64,000 nt of DNA from an uncultured delta proteobacterium (GCA_963776345.1 CAVZMH010000015.1:512001-576000); one strand, 5' to 3'; shown: positions 32,334-43,605, counted from the first letter of the stretch. Numbers and translations: made by a program. Notes: generated by a model not told the origin, from the letters alone.

Positions 32334-33499
32334 GGGACCCCTCCCTGGGGCGCCGAGTCTCGCGGAGAACCCCGTGGACCGTCCACGAGATCGGCTGGGG
32401 ACAGGCCCGCTGCCGCACCGCACAGGACCGCGAGGAGGACGAGGTCCGCCGGCCGGGCGAGGGGGAAGTCGACCGTGGCCCGGGCAGCCAGCGAGGCGAG
32501 ACCTGCCGCCACGCCCACCCCCTCCAGCGTGCGGCTCCGGAGCGCGGCGAGGAAGGCCGTCACGAAGAGCGCCACCAGGCCGAGCAGCCCTGCCACGCCG
32601 GACTCGAGGAGCCGCTCCAGCCAGTCGTCGTGGACGTGGTCCTGGAGGCCAGCGAACCGCGACTCGGGATGCGCAGCGACGCAGGCGGGGTCGGTCGCGC
32701 AGCGCGCCCGCCACCGCTCGAGCTCCCAGCCCGGCCAGAGGAGCGCCACCGCCCCCGGGCCGTGTCCCAGCCAGGGCGCCTCCGCGACATGCGGAGCGGC
32801 GGTGGTCAGGAGGTACCAGCGGCCCTGCGCGGCCGAGGCTGCGGAACGGCCCGAGAGCGGAATCGCGGAGACGATGAGGCCGGCAGCGAGGGCCACCACG
32901 AGCCGGCGGCGACTCCCGTCCTGCCTCGAGGCGGCGAGGGCGACCACGGCCGCGGCGCCGAGCGAGAGCGTGGTGGCGAAGGAGCGCAACAGCGCGAGCC
33001 CGAGCAGCTGGAGGGCCGCGGAGACGGCGGCGAGGCGTCCCCGCGGTCCCGAGGACCGGAGCGCGGCGACGACCGTCAGTGGACCGGTGACGCCGAGGAC
33101 CGACGCCACGAAGTCCGGGTTGCCGAGCGTCCCGTAGCGCACGAGCCTGGCGCCCTCGGCCTCGGGGCCGAAGCGCGCGAACGGGTCCACCCCCAGCGCC
33201 TGCAGCACCACGACCAGCGAGCAGAGGCCACCCGCCCACGCCACCGCCGACCAGGGGACCGGAGGCCCCGTCAGGGAGAGGCAGGCGATGAGCACCGGGG
33301 CGGCGAGCGTCCACCACGGGCTGGCCCCCTCGCTCAGAACGAGCGACAGCGCGCAGACGGCGAGGTTGGCGAGCGCGGCGAGACCCACGCTCCCCGGCCG
33401 CCGCGCCTCACGGGGGAGCAGCGCCGCGCTGGCCGCCGCGGCCAGGGCCGTGACCACCCACTTCGGCCCCGCGAAGGGGCTCGGCGCCCAGGGCCACAC
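32330..33499 (-). CDS. O-antigen ligase / Wzy_C-family membrane protein
   Basis: Multi-TM, YGTLGNPDF, PWLGHGPG and HVHDDWLERLLESGVAG (HxHN-like motif). The frame stays open to ~33575, so the true start is uncertain. Confidence 0.75.
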   Translation of the reverse strand: MWPWAPSPFAGPKWVVTALAAAASAALLPREARRPGSVGLAALANLAVCALSLVLSEGASPWWTLAAPVLIACLSLTGPPVPWSAVAWAGGLCSLVVVLQALGVDPFARFGPEAEGARLVRYGTLGNPDFVASVLGVTGPLTVVAALRSSGPRGRLAAVSAALQLLGLALLRSFATTLSLGAAAVVALAASRQDGSRRRLVVALAAGLIVSAIPLSGRSAASAAQGRWYLLTTAAPHVAEAPWLGHGPGAVALLWPGWELERWRARCATDPACVAAHPESRFAGLQDHVHDDWLERLLESGVAGLLGLVALFVTAFLAALRSRTLEGVGVAAGLASLAARATVDFPLARPADLVLLAVLCGAAAGLSPADLVDGPRGSPRDSAPQGGVP

Positions 33500-33806
33500 G
33501 ACCAGGACGACCGCGAGGACGGTGACGGCTTCAACTGCCCGGGTGCCCAGCCAGCGCAGGGTGCCAAGTGTGCCATGCCACCGCCCGCCTCGGGCCGTTG
33601 GCGCGGTCAGGTGCCCTGCAGGGCGAGGATCTGCTCCCGCGCCAGGGGGAACTCGGCGAGGAGCTCGACGAGCTGATCCACCGGTCCCCGAGCGTGGCCC
33701 GCGCCGGTCCTCCCGGGCTCACGCGCCGAGTGCGTATCCATCGGGCTTGCGCTCCGGGCGGCGCGGGAGGCTGATCGCCTCTGCAAGCGGTCGCGCGGGA
33801 GGCGCC

Positions 33807-34960
33807 ATGCACCGCTCCTGGGTGACGGCCCTGCTTCTTCCCCTCTCCGGCCAGGCCGCGGAGCCGGGCTACCTGCGACTGAAGCGTGCGGAGATCGTCG
33901 ATCGTCACGGATTCGAGAAGCCGATGCCGGCGCTCTCGGTCCTCATCCCCACCGACTGGACCTTCGACGGCGAGGTCCGCTTCGCGCAGCGGCCCGGAAA
34001 TCCCGAGGACCTGGTGAGGCTCGCCTTCCGCGCCGCGAGCCCTGACGGCCGGCTGGCCATCGAGCTGTTCCCCGGCTGGGGCTGGACCTGGGCCGACGAC
34101 CCGATGATGCGGCAGGCGATGCAGAACCAGAACGCCATGACTGCCCGGCTCGGCGGGGCACAGACGGAGATCATGCCCCCGATGTCGGCGCGTGACTTCC
34201 TGACCCGCGTGGCGGTCCCGCGGCTCCGGCCCGGCGCGAAGGTGCTCGGCACCGAGCCCATCCCCGAGCTCGACCAGGCGCTCCAGTCGCAGGTGAAGCA
34301 GGCGCAGGCGGCTCGCGGCGCAGGTCGGCGTCCAGATGCGGCTCAGGGCGGATCAGGCGCGGGCGCGGATCCAGGTCGCGCCGAGCAAGGCTCCGGCCGA
34401 GGAGTGGATCACCGCGGTCGTGTTCACCCGCTCCACGCGCGGTCCCGTCGATCAACCCGGCGACGCGGGCAGATGGTGCAGTCGGCGATGCACCAGTCGA
34501 GCGCCGAGTTCCTCTATCGGCCTGCGCGCTCCGGCCGGCGAGCTTGCCAGCGCACGAGAAGCTGTTCCACACCGTGCTCTCGACCGTCCGGGTCGACCCC
34601 GCGTGGCAGGCGCGGGTGTCGCAGGTGCAGGCCAACATCCAGGCCTCGCAGCTCCAGGGGGCCCGGGACCGATCGCGGATCATCGCCCAGTCGGCCGAGG
34701 ACACGCGCCGCATCATGCGCGACGGCTACGAGGCCCGGCAGAAGTCCGAGGACCGGAACAGCGAGCGCTGGAGCGACGCGATGCGCGGGGTCCAGACGTT
34801 CCGCAACCCCGGCACCGGCGAGGACGTGAAGCTGAGCAACGAGTACGCCCACGCCTGGGCCAGCGGAAACGGCGAGTACGTCCTCAGCGACACGCCAGGC
34901 TTCAACCCGGGGCAGGTGCTCAAAGGGAACTGGACGGAGCTCCAGCCGGTCCACCGCTGA
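33807..34960 (+). pseudogene. Secreted hypothetical protein broken by several frameshifts (probable assembly errors)
   Basis: SD GGGAGG, ATG 33807, signal-like N-terminus. Coding-like segments continue in other frames (VRLRADQARARIQV, EKLFHTVLSTVRVDPAW...GFNPGQVLKGNWTELQPVHR*). Confidence 0.65.
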
Positions 34961-34964
34961 GCGC

Positions 34965-35114
34965 CAGGTAGACGTCCGGCCGGCGGATCTCCATGGCCCG
35001 GCTGGGATCCGCACCGAAGTTGAGGGAACCCCGGATCGCCCGCTCGAGCACCGCGCGCGGGAGCCCGGGAGACCAGTACGCCGTCCGCAGGAAGCCGGCG
35101 AGGGCGCGTTCTAC
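34965..35114 (-). pseudogene. Internally deleted GNAT acetyltransferase remnant
   Basis: GFLRTAYWSPGLPRAVLERAIRGSLNFG (N-terminal motif of a GNAT subfamily) is fused directly to MEIRRPDVY (its C-terminal motif). No start codon nearby. Confidence 0.55.
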
Positions 35115-35262
35115 GGGCCCAAGCTCGAGTTCAGTCCCGTACCTGGTCGCCGCCGGACCGCGCGACGAGGCGAAGGGGTCGGTCCGCGTGCGTGGCCCGC
35201 GCGGCGAGCAGGCGCGACGTCTTGACCTGGACGTCCTTGCTCTGCCTCTTGCCACGCGATAG

Positions 35263-36468
<1,206 letters not shown>

Positions 36469-36496
36469 GGGCGAGGTCTCATCGCTCGCTGTCAGG

Positions 36497-36522
36497 GCAC
36501 CGGCGCCGTGGCGCGCCGGTGC
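36497..36522 (+). other. Intercistronic stem-loop after dctP
   Basis: Perfect 10-bp stem GCACCGGCGC-CGTGGC-GCGCCGGTGC. Confidence 0.55.
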
Positions 36523-36552
36523 GTGCCCCCGAACTGCACTGAGTGAGGTCCG

Positions 36553-37056
36553 ATGGAGAAGGTGACGCGCGTCATCGACCGCATCAGCCTGGTGGTTGGA
36601 CGCATCGTGGTGTGGTTCACCCTGCTGGCGGTGGCGATCATCACCTTCGAGGTGGTGTCCCGGTACGTCTTCGACAAGCCCACCAACTGGGCCCACGAGT
36701 CGATGACCCTGGTCTTCGCCATGCAGTACATCCTGGCCGGCGCCTACGCCCACTACATGCACGGCCACGTCCGGGTCGACGTCGTCTACCAGGCCCTCTC
36801 GGTGCGGAACCGGGCGCGGATGGACGTGCTGACCTCCATGCTCTTCTTCTTCTACATCGGGATCATGACCTGGACCGCCTGGTGGTTCTACTGGGATTCC
36901 CAGCAGATGCACGAGGTCTCCTTCACCGACTGGGCGCCTCCGCTCTACCCGGTGAAGTTCACGGTCTTCCTGGGGACGCTCCTCCTGCTCCTCCAGGGCC
37001 TGGCCAACTTCGTCCGTGACCTCAAGGTCGCGTTCGGCCCGGAGGCCAAGGCATGA
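36553..37056 (+). CDS. dctQ: TRAP small permease
   Basis: Four TM, EVVSRYVF and HVRVD motif. Confidence 0.92.
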   Translation: MEKVTRVIDRISLVVGRIVVWFTLLAVAIITFEVVSRYVFDKPTNWAHESMTLVFAMQYILAGAYAHYMHGHVRVDVVYQALSVRNRARMDVLTSMLFFFYIGIMTWTAWWFYWDSQQMHEVSFTDWAPPLYPVKFTVFLGTLLLLLQGLANFVRDLKVAFGPEAKA

Positions 37057-38372
37057 GCATCGAGCTCATCACTTTGCTCATGTTCGGGTTGCTCCTGCTG
37101 ATCCTCCTCGCCGGGATGCCGGTGGCGTTCGCGGCCGGCGGGGTGGGGATGATCTTCAGCATCGCGCTCCTCGGCTGGAACGGAGCATCCCTGGGAGTGG
37201 TGCGGACTTTCACCCTGATGAATCAGTACCTGCTCGCCGCCATCCCCCTCTTCATCTTCATGGCGTCGATCCTCGAACGCAGCGGGATCATGGAAGAGCT
37301 GTACGAGATCGTCTATCGCTGGATGGGAGGGCTACGTGGCGGCGTGGCCTCGGCCACCGTGGTCGCCTGCACCATCCTCGCGGCCATGGTCGGGGTCATC
37401 GGGGCCAGCGAGACCACCATGAGCATGATCGCCCTGCCCGAGATGTTCAAGCGGGGCTACGACCGCCGCCTGGCCATGGGTGCGGTGCTGGCCGGCGGCA
37501 CGCTGGGCATTCTCATCCCGCCGAGCGTCCTGATGATCGTCTACGGGCTGGTGGCCAACGAGTCGATCGGCCAGCTCTACGCCGGCTCGTTCCTGCCTGG
37601 CTTTCTCCTGGCTGGCCTCTACATCGTCTACATCACCATTCGCTGCTGGATAAATCCCAAGATGGGCCCGTCGGTCCCCAAGGAAGAGCGCATCTCCTTC
37701 ACCGCGAAGGTGAAGATGCTCCGGGGAATCATCGTTCCGGCCATCCTCGTGGCCCTGGTGCTGGGGGCGATGTTCGCCGGGGTCGCCTCACCCACCGAGG
37801 CCGCCGGGGTCGGCGCGGCCGGGTCGCTGATCGTCGTGGTGGCTCAGCGGAAGTTCAGCTGGCGGAAGCTCTGGGAGTCGCTGGAGGGGACGCTCAAGGC
37901 GACGGCGATGGTGATGTGGACCATCTTCGGGGCGAACCTCTTCGTCGCCATCTACGTGGCGGCCGGAGGAGCCCAGTTCGTCCAGGACACGCTGATCGGC
38001 TCCGGCCTGGGACGCTGGGGAATCCTGCTCATCATGCAGGGCATCCTGCTCTTCCTGGGATGCTTCCTGGACTGGGTGGGGATCCTGATGCTGACGGTTC
38101 CCATCTTCGTCCCGATCATCAAGACCCTGGGCTTCGATCCCATCTGGTTCGGGGTGCTCTTCTCGGTGAACCTCCAGGTCTCCTTCCTCTCACCGCCGTT
38201 CGGATACGCGCTCTTCTATCTCGCCGGGACGGTGGGGCCGAAGCTCAACATCTCCACCCACGAGATCTGGAAGTCGGCCTACCCGTTCATCGCCCTGCAA
38301 GTGCTCGGGCTCGCCCTCTGCATGATCTTTCCCGAGATCATCCTCTGGCTCCCCCACCTCCTCTACAAGTGA
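37053..38372 (+). CDS. dctM: TRAP large permease
   Basis: AIPLFIFM, GTLGILIPPS, SPTEAAGVG and SPPFG. Confidence 0.94.
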   Translation: MSIELITLLMFGLLLLILLAGMPVAFAAGGVGMIFSIALLGWNGASLGVVRTFTLMNQYLLAAIPLFIFMASILERSGIMEELYEIVYRWMGGLRGGVASATVVACTILAAMVGVIGASETTMSMIALPEMFKRGYDRRLAMGAVLAGGTLGILIPPSVLMIVYGLVANESIGQLYAGSFLPGFLLAGLYIVYITIRCWINPKMGPSVPKEERISFTAKVKMLRGIIVPAILVALVLGAMFAGVASPTEAAGVGAAGSLIVVVAQRKFSWRKLWESLEGTLKATAMVMWTIFGANLFVAIYVAAGGAQFVQDTLIGSGLGRWGILLIMQGILLFLGCFLDWVGILMLTVPIFVPIIKTLGFDPIWFGVLFSVNLQVSFLSPPFGYALFYLAGTVGPKLNISTHEIWKSAYPFIALQVLGLALCMIFPEIILWLPHLLYK

Positions 38373-38409
38373 CACCCGGCGCGCTCCGGAGCTCCCAGCG
38401 GCTGCCCGG

Positions 38410-38790
38410 TCAGCCAGTCGCCGCGAGCAGCGACGCCGCGGCCCGGCTCACGTCTCCGGGCTCCACCGGCTTGGAGAGGAAGGCGCTCGCGCCCGCGCCC
38501 AGCGCCCGGGCGCGCTCGGCGTCGGTCCGGTCCGTCGTCACCACCAGGATCGGAACCCCCGCCCGCCGCGCGCCCGACCGGATGTGGTGGATCAGCTTCA
38601 GCCCGTCGAGGCGCGGCATGTGGACGTCGGTGACGACCAGGTCGTACTCACCGGAGACGAAGCGCTTGAGCGCCTCGGCCCCGTCGGCCGCCTCGTCACA
38701 GGCGCCCGAGCCCAGCGCCGCCATCGCCGACACCAGCACCTGACGCGCGGCGCGCGAGTCGTCGACCACCAGAACGCGGAAACCTCTCAT
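38410..38790 (-). CDS. cheY: Single-domain response regulator (CheY-like)
   Basis: VLVVDDS, TDVHMPRLDG and KP. Confidence 0.85.
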   Translation of the reverse strand: MRGFRVLVVDDSRAARQVLVSAMAALGSGACDEAADGAEALKRFVSGEYDLVVTDVHMPRLDGLKLIHHIRSGARRAGVPILVVTTDRTDAERARALGAGASAFLSKPVEPGDVSRAAASLLAATG

Positions 38791-38808
38791 CGGGGGCGAG
38801 ACACCAGT

Positions 38809-39243
38809 TTACAGCCCCCCTGCCCGCTCCGCAGAACGACTTGCCAGCAAACCTCGCAAATCCAGCAGCCGGCACTCGTCAGTCGTCACCCCGAGAACAC
38901 CTGGCTCCGCACCCCCGGGCCGGATCTCTGCCTCGGTGTACCGGCGCACCCCGGCCATGCCGTCCACCCGCAGGCCCAACCGGCGCCGTCCGATGCGGGC
39001 CAGGATGACCTTCGGCTTGGCGGTGCGGGGTGGGCTCCCGGCCGGGAGCAGCCGGCGAAGGTCCACGATGGGCACCGCCGTTCCGTGCACGTGCACCACG
39101 CCCTCCACGTGCGGCGGCGCATCCGCCACCGGCAGCGGGACCACCCGGGGGAGGATCTCGTCCACCCGCGCCACGTCGATGCCGTAGACCGCGTCCCCGA
39201 CCCAGAAGGCGCAGACGTCCACCGCCTGTCCCTCGGCGCTCAC
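38809..39243 (-). CDS. cheW: CheW-domain protein
   Basis: GTG 39243. YGIDVARVDEI, VEGVVHVHGTAVPIVDLRR and LGLRVD. Confidence 0.85.
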   Translation of the reverse strand: MSAEGQAVDVCAFWVGDAVYGIDVARVDEILPRVVPLPVADAPPHVEGVVHVHGTAVPIVDLRRLLPAGSPPRTAKPKVILARIGRRRLGLRVDGMAGVRRYTEAEIRPGGAEPGVLGVTTDECRLLDLRGLLASRSAERAGGL

Positions 39244-39800
39244 CGGAGCAGCCACTCCGGATCCACCACCGTGCAGGTCCCCTCGGCGGTCTGGAAAATG
39301 CCGACCACGCCTCCGGTCGGTCCGCTGTGGGGGCGCTCGAGCGCGCCGGGCCGGACCCGCTGCACCCCGCGCACCCGGTCCACCCAGAGCCCCGCGGGGC
39401 CGAGTCCGGTGCGCACGACCAGGATCCGCGCCGGCCTCGGCGGCCGCTCGCAGTCCGGACCGGCGCACACCCGGACCGTGCCCGCAACGCCCAGCCGCAG
39501 CGACGGGTCGTAGACCGGGGTGATGGTGCCCCGGAGATTGAGCACGCCGAGGAGCGGCGGCCTGGCCCGCGGAATCTCCGTCAGCGCCCGGGCGCGCAGG
39601 ATCTCCGTCACCGCCCCGAGCGCGACGGCATACTCGGACCCGTCGAGGCCGAAGATCAGCAGCTGCAGCTCCTCGGCGCCCGGCGCCCGGTCCGGCTCGA
39701 CCGACGAGGCGGGAAGCTCGACCAGGCCCGTCGTCTCCTCGTCGGGCCGGTAGCGAAACCTGGCAAACAGCTCGTCGATCGAGGAGATCGCGGCCTTCAT
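39240..39800 (-). CDS. cheW: CheW-domain protein
   Basis: ATG 39800. EYAVALGAVTEI, LGVLNLRGTITPVYD and GLWVDRV. Confidence 0.85.
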   Translation of the reverse strand: MKAAISSIDELFARFRYRPDEETTGLVELPASSVEPDRAPGAEELQLLIFGLDGSEYAVALGAVTEILRARALTEIPRARPPLLGVLNLRGTITPVYDPSLRLGVAGTVRVCAGPDCERPPRPARILVVRTGLGPAGLWVDRVRGVQRVRPGALERPHSGPTGGVVGIFQTAEGTCTVVDPEWLLR

Positions 39801-41785
39801 CCCTGCGCCACCAGCAGTGGCGGGCCGCGCAGCACCTCGTCGAGCAGCGCGCCCACGTCGAGCACCAGCACCGTGTGGTGGTGCCCGACCTCCGCCGCGC
39901 CCGAGATGCCGGGCACCTGGCCCAGCCGCGGCCCCAGCGCCTGGGTCACGAGGTCGCGCTGGCCGTGGAGCGCATCCACCACCAGCCCGAGCCGGCGCTC
40001 CGCCACGCCCACCACCACCAGGTACGCCGAGCCCTCCGCCCGCCTGGGCAGGCCGAAGGTCCCGGCCAGCGAGACGACGGGGATGCTCCGGCCGCGGACA
40101 GGGACGACCCGCCGCCGCTCCTCGAGTCCGGTCCGCTGCCCGTCGTACCCGAGGACGTCGAGGACGCTGCTCAGCGGCACGGCGTAGACGCGCCCGCTCA
40201 CCCCCACCAGGAGACCCCGCACCGTCGCCAGCGTCACCGGCAAGGTCACGCGGAAGGTGGTCCCCTCCCCCGCCCGGCTCTCGACGTCGATCACCCCGGA
40301 GAGCCCGGCGATGTTGGTCTTCACCACGTCCAGACCCACGCCCCGGCCCGACATCGCGCTCACCGAAGAGGCGGTGGAGAACCCGGGGCTGAAGAGCACC
40401 GCCTGCAGCTCGCGCTCGCCGGACCCGCGGGCCCGCTCCTCGTCCAGCAGCCCGCGCTGGATGGCGACCTCGCGCACCCGCGCCCAGTCGACGCCGCCGC
40501 CGTCGTCGCTGAGCGCCAGCACCACCCGGCTCCCGAGCTGCTCGGCCGAGAGGAGGATCCGCCCGGCGCGCGGCTTCCCCCGGCCCTCGCGCAGCCCTGC
40601 CGGCTCGATGCCATGATCGATGGCGTTGCGCACCAGGTGCACCAGCGGATCGCTCAGCTCCTCCACCAGCCGCTTGTCGATCTGCACCTCGGCGCCGGCG
40701 GTCTCCAGCACCACCTCCTTGCCCGCCTCGCGCGCCATCCTCCGGACCAGGCGCTGCATGCGGTCGAACAGAGGCCGGAGCGGCACCATCCGGGCCTGGA
40801 GCAGCCGCTCCTGGAGTATGTCGAGCCGCCGCACCAGCCGCCGGTGCTCGCGGAGCAGCTCCACGGTCCACGCCCGGGGCGACAGCTCCCGCGCGTCCGA
40901 CAGCCCCCGGATGGCCTCGCCGACCAGCCGGAGCTCGCCGACGTCGTCCATCAGCGCATCCAGTCGCGCGATGTCGACCCGGAGCGTGCGCGTGGCCCGG
41001 GCGGACTCCGCGCCGTCCACCGGACGCCCTGCCTCGGCCTCGGGGCCGGGCCGGCGCTCCTTCCGCACCGGAACGGGCCGCAGCTCGACTGGCACGCCCC
41101 CGAACACCGAGCGGAGCCCCGCCTCGCCCGCGCCCGAGCCGATGAGAAGCACGAACGAGAGCACGTCGACGCGATCCCCCACCGGACCGGGCAGCGTGGA
41201 GACCAGCTCGCCCACGCCCCGGAGCCGCGCCTTCAGCTGTTCCAGCTCGCGGTCGAAGGTCTCCAGCGGGTACTCCACCCGCGCCGCCCACACCAGATCT
41301 TGGCGGCGCAGCGTCTCGCGGAGCCGGTGCTCCTCGAACTCGGTCAGGACCCGGCGCATCTCCGGCGCGAGCTCGAGCCGCTCCAGCGGATCTTCCCCCA
41401 GACGCTCCGGCCCATCGTCCATGGTGGAGAGCCGCGAGGCGAGCGTCCGCGCCTCCCCGACCGCGCTCCCGGGGCTCTCGGCCAGGCGCTGGAACAGCTC
41501 CACCGCCTCGAGCAGGAGGTCCAGCCGCGAGGGCGTGAGTCGCGCCTTCCCCAGCCGGAGCCGGTCCAGGAGATCCTCCGCGGCGTGGGCCAGCTCGGCC
41601 ATCTCCTCCTGCCCGAAGGTGGCCGCGAGCCCCTTGAGCGAGTGCGCCTGCCGGAACACCGAGTTCAGCACCTCGGGGTCCGGGTCGGCCGCCGTCTTCT
41701 CGAGGAGGAGGAGGTTCCGGCCCAGCGCCTCGGCGGTCTCCACGGCCTCGGACGAGAACTCTGCCGGCGGCCGGTCGGGGCTCAC
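39797..41785 (-). CDS. cheA: Chemosensory histidine kinase CheA
   Basis: Hpt AHSLKG, HLVRNAIDHGIE, DDGGG, FSTA, SGRGVGLDVV and a C-terminal CheW domain. Confidence 0.95.
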   Translation of the reverse strand: MSPDRPPAEFSSEAVETAEALGRNLLLLEKTAADPDPEVLNSVFRQAHSLKGLAATFGQEEMAELAHAAEDLLDRLRLGKARLTPSRLDLLLEAVELFQRLAESPGSAVGEARTLASRLSTMDDGPERLGEDPLERLELAPEMRRVLTEFEEHRLRETLRRQDLVWAARVEYPLETFDRELEQLKARLRGVGELVSTLPGPVGDRVDVLSFVLLIGSGAGEAGLRSVFGGVPVELRPVPVRKERRPGPEAEAGRPVDGAESARATRTLRVDIARLDALMDDVGELRLVGEAIRGLSDARELSPRAWTVELLREHRRLVRRLDILQERLLQARMVPLRPLFDRMQRLVRRMAREAGKEVVLETAGAEVQIDKRLVEELSDPLVHLVRNAIDHGIEPAGLREGRGKPRAGRILLSAEQLGSRVVLALSDDGGGVDWARVREVAIQRGLLDEERARGSGERELQAVLFSPGFSTASSVSAMSGRGVGLDVVKTNIAGLSGVIDVESRAGEGTTFRVTLPVTLATVRGLLVGVSGRVYAVPLSSVLDVLGYDGQRTGLEERRRVVPVRGRSIPVVSLAGTFGLPRRAEGSAYLVVVGVAERRLGLVVDALHGQRDLVTQALGPRLGQVPGISGAAEVGHHHTVLVLDVGALLDEVLRGPPLLVAQG

Positions 41786-42156
41786 GCGAGGTTCAGGTAC
41801 CGCCGGACGAGCTCCACCAGGCTGTCGGGCTGGAGCGGCTTGATCAGAAACTCGGACGCGCCGAGCTGGAGGCCGCGCTCGCGGTCGTGCGCCCGCCCCT
41901 CGCCGGTGACGATGAACAGCGGCGTCTCCCGGTAGTTGGGGTTCATCTTCACGAAGTTGATCAGCTCGAGCCCGTTGATGTCCGGCATGTTGATGTCGGT
42001 GATGATCAGGTCGAACCGGAAGCGAGGGAGAAGCTTCAGCGCGTCGAAGCCGCTGCCCGCGCAGACGACCTCCGCACCCTCGATCTGCTCGATGGTCGAG
42101 GCGATGAACTCCCGCGACGCGGTCGAGTCCTCGACGATGAGAACCTTGTGCCCCAT
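41782..42156 (-). CDS. cheY: Single-domain response regulator (CheY-like)
   Basis: VLIVEDS, TDINMPDINGLEL and KP. Confidence 0.9.
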   Translation of the reverse strand: MGHKVLIVEDSTASREFIASTIEQIEGAEVVCAGSGFDALKLLPRFRFDLIITDINMPDINGLELINFVKMNPNYRETPLFIVTGEGRAHDRERGLQLGASEFLIKPLQPDSLVELVRRYLNLA

Positions 42157-42215
42157 TCCCCGGCCGGATCTCGAACTCTAGCAGAGTGCCGCGGGGAGAA
42201 GGGTCGGCCCGGACC

Positions 42216-42695
42216 TCACCGCGAGGGTCGCGCCGGTCCGTCCGCGAGCAGGGTGACCCGGGCGCCCCGGAACGCCGGGAGGAACGCCTCGTCGAAGGCC
42301 GAGGTCCGCTCCCGCGCGGGCACGCCGGCGCCGCCGGGGAGCTCCAGGGCGACGCTGTCCACCCGTGCGCGGTTGAGCACGTCCGCAGCCTGGGAGAGCG
42401 CGGTGCGGAGGGCTCCCGGGTGCAGCGCCTCGCCCCCGGGGCCGAGGCCCAGGACGACCACCCGCGGCGCCCCGATGCGCCCGTTCGAGGGGAGCAGCAG
42501 CGACTCGCCCCGCGTGCCCTTGAAGAAGCCGTCCACCAGGAGGCGCGAGAGCTGCCCGCAGAGCCGCCAGTCGACGTAGCCGGCGGTGCCGGTCAACGGC
42601 CGCTCGTCCTCGGGGACGAAGAGGCACAGCGTGTCCGCTGGCAGCGGATCCAGCGCTTCCAGCGACAGCGGCACGGTGCTGACGGTCGCGCTCAC
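42216..42695 (-). CDS. Stand-alone peptidase M17 N-terminal-domain protein
   Basis: GTG 42695 overlaps the nusB stop. [25 protein letters not shown]...RVVVLGLG; no catalytic domain. Confidence 0.7.
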   Translation of the reverse strand: MSATVSTVPLSLEALDPLPADTLCLFVPEDERPLTGTAGYVDWRLCGQLSRLLVDGFFKGTRGESLLLPSNGRIGAPRVVVLGLGPGGEALHPGALRTALSQAADVLNRARVDSVALELPGGAGVPARERTSAFDEAFLPAFRGARVTLLADGPARPSR

Positions 42696-43114
42696 CGGCG
42701 TTGCTCCACGTCCAGCGCGATGCGGTCGAGCAACCCGTTGACGAAGGCCGACGAGGCCTCGGTCCCGAACGCCTTCCCCAGCTCGACGGCCTCGTTGAGC
42801 GCCACCTTCGTCGGGATGTCCGGCCGCCACTTCAGCTCGAACACCGCGAGGCGGAGCACGTTGCGATCCACCCGCGCCATCCGGTCCAGCCTCCAGTTGT
42901 GGCTGTGTTGCTCGATGAGCCCGTCGATCTCCTCGCGGTGCTCGATGACGCCGCGGACCAGCTCCAGCGCGAACCGCTGCGCCTCGGGCTCCGGCGGCCC
43001 CTCGGGCTCGGCGTTCCAGGCGGTCTCGAGCGCGTCCTCGGGGCGCAGCGCGCTCATCTCCATCTGGTAGAGCGCCTGGAGCGCACGCTCCCGTCCGGTG
43101 CGGCGAGCCCCCAT
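42692..43114 (-). CDS. nusB: Transcription antitermination factor NusB
   Basis: [25 protein letters not shown] and FVNGLLD. Confidence 0.95.
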   Translation of the reverse strand: MGARRTGRERALQALYQMEMSALRPEDALETAWNAEPEGPPEPEAQRFALELVRGVIEHREEIDGLIEQHSHNWRLDRMARVDRNVLRLAVFELKWRPDIPTKVALNEAVELGKAFGTEASSAFVNGLLDRIALDVEQRR

Positions 43115-43599
43115 CAGCGCTTCTTTCCGACCTCCGCCATCCGGGCGTACAGGTTGACCATCTCCAGGCAGGCCATCGCGGCGTCCGCCCCCTTGTTGCC
43201 GGCCTTCACCCCGGCGCGGTCCACCGCCTGCTCCACGGTGTCGCAGGTGAGCACGCCGAAGCTGACGGCGCACGACGCGCTCAGGGCGATCTGTCCGATG
43301 CCCTTGCTCACCTCGCCGGCCACGTACTCGAAGTGTGGCGTCCCGCCGCGGATGACGCAGCCCAGGGCGACGACCCCTGCGTAGTGCCCGCCCTCGGCGA
43401 CCCGGCGGACCAGGCCCGGGAGCTCGAACGTCCCCGGCACCCGGAAGACGTCGATGTCGCCGTCCGCCACGCCGTGCCGCACCAGCGCGTCCTGAGCGCC
43501 GTGGAGCAGCTGCTCGGTGATGAAGCTGTTGAAGCGCGACACGCAGAGCGCGAAGCGCCCCTGCGGCGTCGTGAGAAGGCCCTCGATCACCCGTGCCAT
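43114..43599 (-). CDS. ribH: 6,7-dimethyl-8-ribityllumazine synthase
   Basis: [16 protein letters not shown] and [15 protein letters not shown]. Confidence 0.96.
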   Translation of the reverse strand: MARVIEGLLTTPQGRFALCVSRFNSFITEQLLHGAQDALVRHGVADGDIDVFRVPGTFELPGLVRRVAEGGHYAGVVALGCVIRGGTPHFEYVAGEVSKGIGQIALSASCAVSFGVLTCDTVEQAVDRAGVKAGNKGADAAMACLEMVNLYARMAEVGKKR

Positions 43600-43605
43600 G
43601 TCAGT

